From: the human T2T-CHM13v2.0 reference genome, Homo sapiens
NCBI RefSeq assembly: GCF_009914755.1
Contig: NC_060948.1
Length of the DNA stretch: 64,000 bases
Direction: 5' to 3' (one strand)
Position numbers and translations under genes: made by a program. The notes beneath the pieces are model-generated. The model made no database searches. It saw nothing but the letters and a program-made list of their open reading frames with translations, and was not told where the DNA came from. Below are positions 28,964 through 43,214 of this stretch, piece after piece. Position 1 is the stretch's first letter; every line of letters starts with the position of its first letter.

Positions 28964-31900
28964 GAATTCATTGGAATGGAAGGGAATGTAGTGTAATGGA
29001 CAGGCCTGGAATAAAGTGGAATGCTACTGTCTCGAATGGAGTAAAAATGTATGGAATGGAATGCAATGAAACGGAATCGAATGTCATAGAATGTAATGGA
29101 ATGCAAAAAAATGGAATCCAAAATCATTGACTGGAAAGGCTGGGTGTCGAAAGGAATTGACTCCAATGGAATGGAATCGAATGGAATGGAAGTGAATAGA
29201 ATCGAACTAAATCGAATGGAATGGAATTCATAGGAACGGAATGGAAAGGAATGCAATGATTTGGCATGGAATGGAATCGAATGGCATCGAATGGAATGGA
29301 ATGGAATGCAATGGAATGGAATGTATTAGAATGTAATGAACTTTAATGGAATGTACTCGAATGGATTCGACTGGAATGGAATGTTCTGGAAGTGAATGGA
29401 CTCCAATGGAATGGATTCAAAAGGAATGGAATCGTACGGAATGGAATCTAATGGAATGGAATTAAATGGAAATGAATCAAATTGAATAGCACGGAATTGA
29501 ATTGAATGGAATGGAATGCAATGGAATCTAATGAAACGGAAAGGAAAGGAATGGAATGGAATGGAATGGGCTGGAATGGAAAGGAATCGAAACGAATGGA
29601 ATGGAATCGAACTGAAGAGACTGGAATGGAATGCACTGGAATGGAAGGGAGTGTAATGGAAGGTTCTCGAAAAAAATGGAATGGAATGGAATGGAATTGA
29701 ATGGAACGGAATAGAGTCGAATGGAATTGAATGGAATGGAATGGACTAGAGTGAAATGGAATCGAACCGCAAGGAATGGACAGGAATAGAATGGTCTCGA
29801 ATTGAATGGAATCGTATGGAATGGCATCAAACGGAATGGAATGGACAGCCACGGAATGGAATGCACTCGAATGCAATGGAGTCGAAACTAATGGACTGGA
29901 ATAGAATGGACTCGACTGGTACGGACTCCAATGGAATGGAATCGAATGGAAGGGAATCGAACGGAATGGACTCGAAGGGAAAAGACTGCAATGGAAAGGT
30001 CTCGAATGGAATGGAAATTAATGGAATGGAATGGAATCGAATGAAATGGAGTCAAAAGGAATGGAATCGAATGGCAAGAAATCGAATGTAATGGAATCGC
30101 AAGGAATTGATGTGAACGGAACGGAATGGAATGGAATCCAAAGGAATGGAATAGAATGGAATGGAATCGAATGGAAAGGACTCGAATGGAAATCACTCGA
30201 ATAGAATGCAATTTAATAAAATAGGATCAAATGTAATGGAATGGAATGGAAAGGAATCGAAACGAAAGGAATGGAGACAGATGGAATGGAATGGAACAGA
30301 GAGCAATGGTATAGAATGGAATGGAATCATCTGGAATGGAATTGAATGGAATGGAATAATATGAAATGGAATGGAATGGAATGGAATGGAATGTCCTTGA
30401 ATTAAATGGACTGGAATGGAATGGACTCGAACAGAGTGGAATGGAAAGTGTTGAGATAGAATGCAATGGACTCCTTTGGAATGGTGTAGTATGCAATGCA
30501 ATCGACTGGCAGGGAATCAAAAGGAATGTAATGGAATGGATTGGACTGGAATGCAATGGACTCGAATAGATTGGAAACGGAATGCAAAGGAATGGAATGG
30601 AATAGTATGGAATGGAATGGAAAGGAATGGAGTGGAATAGACTAGAGTGGAATGGAATGGACTGGAAAGCAATGGACTGGAATGGAACTTTCTTGAATGG
30701 ACTGGAATCAAACGGAATGGAATGCAATGCAATCAAATGGCATGGAATAAAATAGAATGAAAGAGAATCAAATGGAATTGAATCGAATGGAATCGAATGG
30801 ATTGGAAAGGAATAGAATGGAATGGAATGGAATTGACTCAAATGGAATGGACTAGAATGGAATGGATTCGAATGGAAGGCAAAGGAATGGAATCTATTGG
30901 AATGGACTGTAATGGAATGGAATGGAAGGGATTGGAATGGACTCGAATGGAATGGACTGCAATAGAAAGGATTCGAATGGAATGAAAAAGAATTGAATGG
31001 AATAGAACAGAATGGAATCAAATCGAATGAAATGGAATGGAATAGAAAGGAATGGAATGAAATGGAATGGAAAGGATTCGAATGGAATGCAATCGAATGG
31101 AATGGAATCGAACGGAATGGAATAAAATGGAAGAAAACTGGCAAGAAATGGAATCGAAATGAATGGAGTGTTATGGAACGGACTCAAAAGGAATTGAATG
31201 TAATAGAATGGAGTGGAGTGGACTCGAATATAATGGACTGGAATGGAATGAAATCACATGGAATGGGAACGAATGGAATGGAATGGAAAGGAATGGAATC
31301 GAATGGAAAGGAATCGAATGGAAGGGAATGAAATTGAATCAACAGGAATGGAAGGGAATAGAATAGACGGTAATGGAATGGACTCGAATAGAATGGACAC
31401 GAATGCTGAAATTGAATGGACTCGAATGGAATGGAAACGAAAGGAATGTCATCGAATGGAATTGAATCGATTGGAATGAAATCGCATAGAATGGAGTGGA
31501 ATCAAATGGAATTGAATCGAAAGGAAAGGAAGCGAATGGACTGAAATGAAATGGAATGGAATTGAATGGAAAGTAATGCAATGGAATAGAATGGAACGAA
31601 ATTTCACGGAATGGAATCAAACTGAATGGAATCAAATCAATGGAATCAAATCAAATGGAATGGAAAGGAATTGAATGGAGTAGATTGGATTGGATGGGAT
31701 TGGAATGAAATGTACTGGAAAGGACTCGAATTTCATGAAACGGAATGGAATGAATTGGAACGGAATGGACTCGAATGGAATGGAATGTCATGGAATGGCA
31801 TCAAATGGAATGGCATCAAATGGAATGGAATCGAATGCAATGGAATGCTATGGAATGGAATGGAATGCATTGGAATGGAATGTCCTCTAATGGAATGGAT

Positions 31901-32527
31901 TCGAGTGGAATGGAATCGAATATAATGGAGTCGAATGAAATGGAATTGAAAGGAGTGGGATCGAATACAATGGAATATACTGGAATGTAATGTAATGAAC
32001 TCGAATGTAATTGACTGGAATGGAATGTACATGAATGGAATGTAATCGAATGGAAAGTAATCCAATGGAATAGAATCTAATGCAATAAAACCGACTCAGA
32101 TAGAGTAGAATGTAATGGAATGGAGTGCAGTGCAATGGAATGGAATGGAATGGAATGCAATGGAATGGAATGGAATGGAATGGAATGGAATGGAATGGAA
32201 TGGGATGGAATGGGATGGAATGGATAGTAATGGACTGGAGTGAAATGGACTGGAAAGGAATGGACTCAAATTGAAAGGGCTCGAAAGGAATGGAGTCAAA
32301 TGGAATGGTCTGGAATGGAATGAACACGAATGTAATGCAATCCAATAGAATGGAATCGAATGGCATGGAATATAAAGAAATGGAATCGAAGAGAATGGAA
32401 ACAAATGGAATGGAATTGAATGGAATGGAATTGAATGGAATGGGAACGAATGGAGTGAAATTGTATGCAGTAGAAGGGAATAGAATGGAATGCAAGCGAA
32501 AGGAAAGGAATGGATTGGAATGGAATG
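28964..32527 (+). repeat. DYZ1 monomer 9 (3564 bp; extra private EcoRI site at 29224)
   Basis: GAATTC at 28964 and 32528. Confidence 0.9.
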
Positions 32528-35500
32528 GAATTCATTGGAATGGAAGGGAATGTAGTGTAATGGACAGGCCTGGAATAAAGTGGAATGCTACGGTCTCGAA
32601 TGGAATAAAAATGTATGGAATGGAATGCAAAGAAACGGAATCGAATGTCATAGAATGTAATGGAATGCAAAAAAATGGAATCCAAAATCATTGACTGGAA
32701 AGGCTGGGTGTCGAAAGGAATTGACTCCAATGGAATGGAATCGAATGGAATGGAAGTGAATAGAATCGAACTAAATCGAATGGAATGGAATTGATAGGAA
32801 CGGAATGGAAAGGAATGCAATGATTTGGCATGGAATGGAATCGAATGGCATCGAATGGAATGGAATGGAATGCAATGGAATGGAATGTATTAGAATGTAA
32901 TGAACTTTAATGGAATGTACTCGAATGGATTCGACTGGAATGGAATGTTCTGGAAGTGAATGGACTCCAATGGAATGGATTCCAAAGGAATGGAATCGTA
33001 CGGAATGGAATCTAATGGAATGGAATTAAATGGAAATGAATCAAATTGAATAGCACGGAATTGAATTGAATGGAATGGAATGCAATGGAATCTAATGAAA
33101 CGGAAAGGAAAGGAATGGAATGGAATGGAATGGGCTGGAATGGAAAGGAATCGAAACGAATGGAATGGAATCGAACTGAAGAGACTGGAATGGAATGCAC
33201 TGGAATGGAAGGGAGTGTAATGGAAGGTTCTCGAAAAAAATGGAATCGAATGGAATGGAATTGAATGGAACGGAATAGAGTCGAATGGAATTGAATGGAA
33301 TGGAATGGACTAGAGTGAAATGGAATCGAACCACAAGGAATGGACAGGAATAGAATGGTCTCGAATTGAATGGAATCGTATGGAATGGCATCAAACGGAA
33401 TGGAATGGACAGCCACGGAATGGAATGCACTCGAATGCAATGGAGTCGAAACTAATGGACTGGAATAGAATGGACTCGACTGGTACGGACTCCAATGGAA
33501 TGGAATCGAATGGAAGGGAATCGAACGGAATGGACTCGAAGGGAAAAGACTGCAATGGAAAGGTCTCGAATGGAATGGAAATTAATGGAATGGAATGGAA
33601 TCGAATGAAATGGAGTCAAAAGGAATGGAATCGAATGGCAAGAAATCGAATGTAATGGAATCGCAAGGAATTGATGTGAACGGAACGGAATGGAATGGAA
33701 TCCAAAGGAATGGAATAGAATGGAATGGAATCGAATGGAAAGGACTCGAATGGAAATCACTCGAATAGAATGCAATTTAATAAAATAGGATCAAATGTAA
33801 TGGAATGGAATGGAAAGGAATCGAAACGAAAGGAATGGAGACAGATGGAATGGAATGGAACAGAGAGCAATGGTATAGAATGGAATGGAATCATCTGGAA
33901 TGGAATTGAATGGAATGGAATAATATGAAATGGAATGGAATGGAATGGAATGGAATGCCCTTGAATTAAATGGACTGGAATGGAATGGACTCGAACAGAG
34001 TGGAATGGAAAGTGTTGAGATAGAATGGAATGGACTCCTTTGGAATGGACTCCTTTGGAATGGTGTAGTATGCAATGCAATCGACTGGCAGGGAATCAAA
34101 AGGAATGTAATGGAATGGATTGGACTGGAATGCAATGGACTCGAATAGATTGGAAACGGAATGCAAAGGAATGGAATGGAATAGTATGGAATGGAATGGA
34201 AAGGAATGGAGTGGAATAGACTAGAGTGGAATGGAATGGACTGGAAAGCAATGGACTGGAATGGAACTTTCTTGAATGGACTGGAATCAAACGGAATGGA
34301 ATGCAATGCAATCAAATGGCATGGAATAAAATAGAATGAAAGAGAATCAAATGGAATTGAATCGAATGGAATCGAATGGATTGGAAAGGAATAGAATGGA
34401 ATGGAATGGAATTGACTCAAATGGAATGGACTAGAATGGAATGGATTCGAATGGAAGGCAAAGGAATGGAATCTATTGGAATGGACTGTAATGGAATGGA
34501 ATGGAAGGGATTGGAATGGACTCGAATGGAATGGACTGCAATAGAAAGGATTCGAATGGAATGAAAAAGAATTGAATGGAATAGAACAGAATGGAATCAA
34601 ATCGAATGAAATGGAATGGAATAGAAAGGAATGGAATGAAATGGAATGGAAAGGATTCGAATGGAATGCAATCGAATGGAATGGAATCGAACGGAATGGA
34701 ATAAAATGGAAGAAAACTGGCAAGAAATGGAATCGAAATGAATGGAGTGTTATGGAACGGACTCAAAAGGAATTGAATGTAATAGAATGGAGTGGAGTGG
34801 ACTCGAATATAATGGACTGGAATGGAATGAAATCACATGGAATGGGAACGAATGGAATGGAATGGAAAGGAATGGAATCGAATGGAAAGGAATCGAATGG
34901 AAGGGAATGAAATTGAATCAACAGGAATGGAAGGGAATAGAATAGACGGTAATGGAATGGACTCGAATAGAATGGACACGAATGCTCAAATTGAATGGAC
35001 TCGAATGGAATGGAAACGAAAGGAATGTCATCGAATGGAATTGAATCGATTGGAATGAAATCGCATAGAATGGAGTGGAATCAAATGGAATTGAATCGAA
35101 AGGAAAGGAAGCGAATGGACTGAAATGAAATGGAATGGAATTGAATGGAAAGTAATGTAATGGAATAGAATGGAATGAAATTTCACGGAATGGAATCAAA
35201 CTGAATGGAATCAAATCAATGGAATCAAATCAAATGGAATGGAAAGGAATTGAATGGAGTAGATTGGATTCGATGGGATTGGAATGAAATGTACTGGAAA
35301 GGACTCGAATTTCATGAAACGGAATGGAATGAATTGGAACGGAATGGACTCGAATGGAATGGAATGTCATGGAATGGCATCAAATGGAATGGCATCAAAT
35401 GGAATGGAATCGAATGCAATGGAATGCTATGGAATGGAATGGAATGCATTGGAATGGAATGTCCTCTAATGGAATGGATTCGAGTGGAATGGAATCGAAT

Positions 35501-36111
35501 ATAATGGAGTCGAATGAAATGGAATTGAAAGGAGTGGGATCGAATACAATGGAATATACTGGAATGTAATGTAATGAACTCGAATATAATTGACTGGAAT
35601 GGAATGTACATGAATGGAATGTAATCGAATGGAAAGTAATCCAATGGAATAGAATCTAATGCAATAAAACCGACTCAGATAGAGTAGAATGTAATGGAAT
35701 GGAGTGCAGTGCAATGGAATGGAATGGAATGGAATGCAATGGAATGGAATGGAATGGAATGGAATGGAATGGAATGGAATGGAATGGGATGGAATGGGAT
35801 GGAATGGATAGTAATGGACTGGAGTGAAATGGACTGGAAAGGAATGGACTCAAATTGAAAGGGCTCGAAAGGAATGGAGTCAAATGGAATGGTCTGGAAT
35901 GGAATGAACACGAATGTAATGCAATCCAATAGAATGGAATCGAATGGCATGGAATATAAAGAAATGGAATCGAAGAGAATGGAAACAAATGGAATGGAAT
36001 TGAATGGAATGGAATTGAATGGAATGGGAACGAATGGAGTGAAATTGTATGCAGTAGAAGGGAATAGAATGGAATGCAAGCGAAAGGAAAGGAATGGATT
36101 GGAATGGAATG
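32528..36111 (+). repeat. DYZ1 monomer 10 (3584 bp; 15-bp duplication)
   Basis: GAATTC at 32528 and 36112. Confidence 0.9.
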
Positions 36112-39100
36112 GAATTCATTGGAATGGAAGGGAATGTAGTGTAATGGACAGGCCTGGAATAAAGTGGAATGCTACGGTCTCGAATGGAATAAAAATGTAT
36201 GGAATGGAATGCAATGAAACGGAATCGAATGTCATAGAATGTAATGGAATGCAACAAAATGGAATCCAAAATCATTGACTGGAAAGGCTGGGTGTCGAAA
36301 GGAATTGACTCCAATGGAATGGAATCGAATGGAATGGAAGTGAATAGAATCGAACTAAATCGAATGGAATGGAATTGATAGGAACGGAATGGAAAGGAAT
36401 GCAATGATTTGGCATGGAATGGAATCGAATGGCATCGAATGGAATGGAATGGAATGCAATGGAATGGAATGTATTAGAATGTAATGAACTTTAATGGAAT
36501 GTACTCGAATGGATTCGACTGGAATGGAATGTTCTGGAAGTGAATGGACTCCAATGGAATGGATTCAAAAGGAATGGAATCGTACGGAATGGAATCTAAT
36601 GGAATGGAATTAAATGGAAATGAATCAAATTGAATAGCACGGAATTGAATTGAATGGAATGGAATGCAATGGAATCTAATGAAACGGAAAGGAAAGGAAT
36701 GGAATGGAATGGAATGGGCTGGAATGGAAAGGAATCGAAACGAATGGAATGGAATCGAACTGAAGAGACTGGAATGGAATGCACTGGAATGGAAGGGAGT
36801 GTAATGGAAGGTTCTCGAAAAAAATGGAATCGAATGGAATGGAATTGAATGGAACGGAATAGAGTCGAATGGAATTGAATGGAATGGAATGGACTAGAGT
36901 GAAATGGAATCGAACCACAAGGAATGGACAGGAATAGAATGGTCTCGAATTGAATGGAATCGTATGGAATGGCATCAAACGGAATGGAATGGACAGCCAC
37001 GGAATGGAATGCACTCGAATGCAATGGAGTCGAAACTAATGGACTGGAATAGAATGGACTCGACTGGTACGGACTCCAATGGAATGGAATCGAATGGAAG
37101 GGAATCGAACGGAATGGACTCGAAGGGAAAAGACTGCAATGGAAAGGTCTCGAATGGAATGGAAATTAATGGAATGGAATGGAATCGAATGAAATGGAGT
37201 CAAAAGGAATGGAATCGAATGGCAAGAAATCGAATGTAATGGAATCGCAAGGAATTGATGTGAACGGAACGGAATGGAATGGAATCCAAAGGAATGGAAT
37301 AGAATGGAATGGAATCGAATGGAAAGGACTCGAATGGAAATCACTCGAATAGAATGCAATTTAATAAAATAGGATCAAATGTAATGGAATGGAATGGAAA
37401 GGAATCGAAACGAAAGGAATGGAGACAGATGGAATGGAATGGAACAGAGAGCAATGGTATAGAATGGAATGGAATCATCTGGAATGGAATTGAATGGAAT
37501 GGAATAATATGAAATGGAATGGAATGGAATGGAATGGAATGCCCTTGAATTAAATGGACTGGAATGGAATGGACTCGAACAGAGTGGAATGGAAAGTGTT
37601 GAGATAGAATGGAATGGACTCCTTTGGAATGGTGTAGTATGCAATGCAATCGACTGGCAGGGAATCAAAAGGAATGTAATGGAATGGATTGGACTGGAAT
37701 GCAATGGACTCGAATAGATTGGAAACGGAATGCAAAGGAATGGAATGGAATAGTATGGAATGGAATGGAAAGGAATGGAGTGGAATAGACTAGAGTGGAA
37801 TGGAATGGACTGGAAAGCAATGGACTGGAATGGAACTTTCTTGAATGGACTGGAATCAAACGGAATGGAATGCAATGCAATCAAATGGCATGGAATAAAA
37901 TAGAATGAAAGAGAATCAAATGGAATTGAATCGAATGGAATCGAATGGATTGGAAAGGAATAGAATGGAATGGAATGGAATGGACTAGAATGGAATGGAT
38001 TCGAATGGAAGGCAAAGGAATGGAATCTATTGGAATGGACTGTAATGGAATGGAATGGAAGGGATTGGAATGGATTCGAATGGAATGGACTGCAATAGAA
38101 AGGATTCGAATGGAATGAAAAAGAATTGAATGGAATAGAACAGAATGGAATCAAATCGAATGAAATGGAATGGAATAGAAAGGAATGGAATGAAATGGAA
38201 TGGAAAGGATTCGAATGGAATGCAATCGAATGGAATGGAATCGAACGGAATGGAATAAAATGGAAGAAAACTGGCAAGAAATGGAATCGAAATGAATGGA
38301 GTGTTATGGAACGGACTCAAAAGGAATTGAATGTAATAGAATGGAGTGGAGTGGACTCGAATATAATGGACTGGAATGGAATGAAATCACATGGAATGGG
38401 AACGAATGGAATGGAATGGAAAGGAATGGAATCGAATGGAAAGGAAACGAACGGAAGGGAATGAAATTGAATCAACAGGAATGGAAGGGAATAGAATAGA
38501 CGGTAATGGAATGGACTCGAATAGAATGGACACGAATGCTGAAATCGAATGGACTCGAATGGAATGGAAACGAAAGGAATGTCATCGAATGGAATTGAAT
38601 CGATTGGAATGAAATTGCATAGAATGGAGTGGAATCAAATGGAATTGAATCGAAAGGAAAGGAAGCGAATGGACTGAAATGAAATGGAATGGAATTGAAT
38701 GGAAAGTAATGCAATGGAATAGAATGGAACAAAATTTCACGGAATGGAATCAAACTGAATGGAATCAAATCAATGGAATCAAATCAAATGGAATGGAAAG
38801 GAATTGAATGGAGTAGATTGGATTGGATGGGATTGGAATGAAATGTACTGGAAAGGACTCGAATTTCATGAAACGGAATGGAATGAATTGGAACGGAATG
38901 GACTCGAATGGAATGGAATGTCATGGAATGGCATCAAATGGAATGGTATCAAATGGAATGGAATCGAATGCAATGGAATGCTATGGAATGGAATGGAATG
39001 CATTGGAATGGAATGTCCTCTAATGGAATGGATTCGAGTGGAATGGATTCGAATATAATGGAGTCGAATGAAATGGAATTGAAAGGAATGGGATCGAATA

Positions 39101-39650
39101 CAATGGAATATACTGGAATGTAATGTAATGAACTCGAATGTAATTGACTGGAATGGAATGTACATGAATGGAATGTAATCGAATGGAAAGTAATCCAATG
39201 GAATAGAATCTAATGCAATAAAATCGACTCAGATAGAGTAGAATGTAATGGAATGGAGTGTAGTGCAATGGAATGGAATGGAATGGAATGCAATTGAATG
39301 GAATGGAATGGAATGGAATGGAATGGGATGGAATGGTATGGAATGGATAGTAATGGACTGGAGTGAAATGGACTGGAAAGGAATGGACTCAAATTGAAAG
39401 GGCTCGAAAGGAATGGAGTCAAATGGAATGGTCTGGAATGGAATGAACACGAATGTAATGCAATCCGATAGAATGGAATCGAATGGCATGGAATATAAAG
39501 AAATGGAATCGAAGAGAATGGAAACAAATGGAATGGAATTGAATGGAATGGAATTGAATGGAATGCGAACGAATGGAGTGAAATTGTATGCAGTAGAAGG
39601 GAATAGAATGGAATGCAAGCGAAAGGAAAGGAATGGATTGGAATGGAATG
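36112..39650 (+). repeat. DYZ1 monomer 11 (3539 bp)
   Basis: GAATTC at 36112 and 39651. Confidence 0.9.
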
Positions 39651-42600
39651 GAATTCATTGGAATGGAAGGGAATGTAGTGTAATGGACAGGCCTGGAATA
39701 AAGTGGAATGCTACGGTCTCGAATGGAATAAAAATGTATGGAATGGAATGCAATGAAACGGAATCGAATGTCATAGAATGTAATGGAATGCAAAAAAATG
39801 GAATCCAAAATCATTGACTGGAAAGGCTGGGTGTCGAAAGGAATTGACTCCAATGGAATGGAATCGAATGGAATGGAAGTGAATAGAATCGAACTAAATC
39901 GAATGGAATGGAATTGATAGGAACGGAATGGAAAGGAATGCAATGATTTGGCATGGAATGGAATCGAATGGCATCGAATGGAATGGAATGGAATGCAATG
40001 GAATGGAATGTATTAGAATGTAATGAACTTTAATGGAATGTACTCGAATGGATTCGACTGGAATGGAATGTTCTGGAAGTGAATGGACTCCAATGGAATG
40101 GATTCCAAAGGAATGGAATCGTACGGAATGGAATCTAATGGAATGGAATTAAATGGAAATGAATCAAATTGAATAGCACGGAATTGAATTGAATGGAATG
40201 GAATGCAATGGAATCTAATGAAACTGAAAGGAAAGGAATGGAATGGAATGGAATGGGCTGGAATGGAAAGGAATCGAAACGAATGGAATGGAATCGAACT
40301 GAAGAGACTGGAATGGAATGCACTGGAATGGAAGGGAGTGTAATGGAAGGTTCTCGAAAAAAATGGAATCGAATGGAATGGAATTGAATGGAACGGAATA
40401 GAGTCGAATGGAATTGAATGGAATGGAATGGACTAGAGTGAAATGGAATCGAACCACAAGGAATGGACAGGAATAGAATGGTCTCGAATTGAATGGAATC
40501 GTATGGAATGGCATCAAACGGAATGGAATGGACAGCCACGGAATGGAATGCACTCGAATGCAATGGAGTCGAAACTAATGGACTGGAATAGAATGGACTC
40601 GACTGGTACGGACTCCAATGGAATGGAATCGAATGGAAGGGAATCGAACGGAATGGACTCGAAGGGAAAAGACTGCAATGGAAAGGTCTCGAATGGAATG
40701 GAAATTAATGGAATGGAATGGAATCGAATGAAATGGAGTCAAAAGGAATGGAATCGAATGGCAAGAAATCGAATGTAATGGAATCGCAAGGAATTGATGT
40801 GAACGGAACGGAATGGAATGGAATCCAAAGGAATGGAATAGAATGGAATGGAATCGAATGGAAAGGACTCGAATGGAAATCACTCGAATAGAATGCAATT
40901 TAATAAAATAGGATCAAATGTAATGGAATGGAATGGAAAGGAATCGAAACGAAAGGAATGGAGACAGATGGAATGGAATGGAACAGAGAGCAATGGTATA
41001 GAATGGAATGGAATCATCTGGAATGGAATTGAATGGAATGGAATAATATGAAATGGAATGGAATGGAATGGAATGGAATGCCCTTGAATTAAATGGACTG
41101 GAATGGAATGGACTCGAACAGAGTGTAATGGAAAGTGTTGAGATAGAATGGAATGGACTCCTTTGGAATGGTGTAGTATGCAATGCAATCGACTGGCAGG
41201 GAATCAAAAGGAATGTAATGGAATGGATTGGACTGGAATGCAATGGACTCGAATAGATTGGAAACGGAATGCAAAGGAATGGAATGGAATAGTATGGAAT
41301 GGAATGGAAAGGAATGGAGTGGAATAGACTAGAGTGGAATGGAATGGACTGGAAAGCAATGGACTGGAATGGAACTTTCTTGAATGGACTGGAATCAAAC
41401 GGAATGGAATGCAATGCAATCAAATGGCATGGAATAAAATAGAATGAAAGAGAATCAAATGGAATTGAATCGAATGGAATCGAATGGATTGGAAAGGAAT
41501 AGAATGGAATGGAATGGAATTGACTCAAATGGAATGGACTAGAATGGAATGGATTCGAATGGAAGGCAAAGGAATGGAATCTATTGGAATGGACTGTAAT
41601 GGAATGGAATGGAAGGGATTGGAATGGACTCGAATGGAATGGACTGCAATAGAAAGGATTCGAATGGAATGAAAAAGAATTGAATGGAATAGAACAGAAT
41701 GGAATCAAATCGAATGAAATGGAATGGAATAGAAAGGAATGGAATGAAATGGAATGGAAAGGATTCGAATGGAATGCAATCGAATGGAATGGAATCGAAC
41801 GGAATGGAATAAAATGGAAGAAAACTGGCAAGAAATGGAATCGAAATGAATGGAGTGTTATGGAACGGACTCAAAAGGAATTGAATGTAATAGAATGGAG
41901 TGGAGTGGACTCGAATATAATGGACTGGAATGGAATGAAATCACATGGAATGGGAACGAATGGAATGGAATGGAAAGGAATGGAATCGAATGGAAAGGAA
42001 TCGAATGGAAGGGAATGAAATTGAATCAACAGGAATGGAAGGGAATAGAATAGACGGTAATGGAATGGACTCGAATAGAATGGACACGAATGCTCAAATT
42101 GAATGGACTCGAATGGAATGGAAACGAAAGGAATGTCATCGAATGGAATTGAATCGATTGGAATGAAATCGCATAGAATGGAGTGGAATCAAATGGAATT
42201 GAATCGAAAGGAAAGGAAGCGAATGGACTGAAATGAAATGGAATGGAATTGAATGGAAAGTAATGCAATGGAATAGAATGGAACGAAATTTCACGGAATG
42301 GAATCAAACTGAATGGAATCAAATCAATGGAATCAAATCAAATGGAATGGAAAGGAATTGAATGGAGTAGATTGGATTGGATGGGATTGGAATGAAATGT
42401 ACTGGAAAGGACTCGAATTTCATGAAACGGAATGGAATGAATTGGAACGGAATGGACTCGAATGGAATGGAATGTCATGGAATGGCATCAAATGGAATGG
42501 CATCAAATGGAATGGAATCGAATGCAATGGAATGCTATGGAATGGAATGGAATGCATTGGAATGGAATGTCCTCTAATGGAATGGATTCGAGTGGAATGG

Positions 42601-43214
42601 AATCGAATATAATGGAGTCGAATGAAATGGAATTGAAAGGAATGGGATCGAATACAATGGAATATACTGGAATGTAATGTAATGAACTCGAATGTAATTG
42701 ACTGGAATGGAATGTACATGAATGGAATGTAATCGAATGGAAAGTAATCCAATGGAATAGAATCTAATGCAATAAAACCGACTCAGATAGAGTAGAATGT
42801 AATGGAATGGAGTGCAGTGCAATGGAAGGGAATGGAATTGAATGCAATGGAATGGAATGGAATGGAATGGAATGGAACGGAATGGAATGGGATGGAATGG
42901 TATGGAATGGATAGTAATGGACTGGAGTGAAATGGACTGGAAAGGAATGGACTCAAATTGAAAGGGCTCGAAAGGAATGGAGTCAAATGGAATGGTCTGG
43001 AATGGAATGAACACGAAAGTAATGCAATCCAATAGAATGGAATCGAATGGCATGGAATATAAAGAAATGGAATCGAAGAGAATGGAAACAAATGGAATGG
43101 AATTGAATGGAATGGAATTGAATGGAATGGGAACGAATGGAGTGAAATTGTATGCAGTAGAAGGGAATAGAATGTAATGTAAGCGAAAGGAAAGGAATGG
43201 ATTGGAATGGAATG
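39651..43214 (+). repeat. DYZ1 monomer 12 (3564 bp)
   Basis: GAATTC at 39651 and 43215. Confidence 0.9.
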
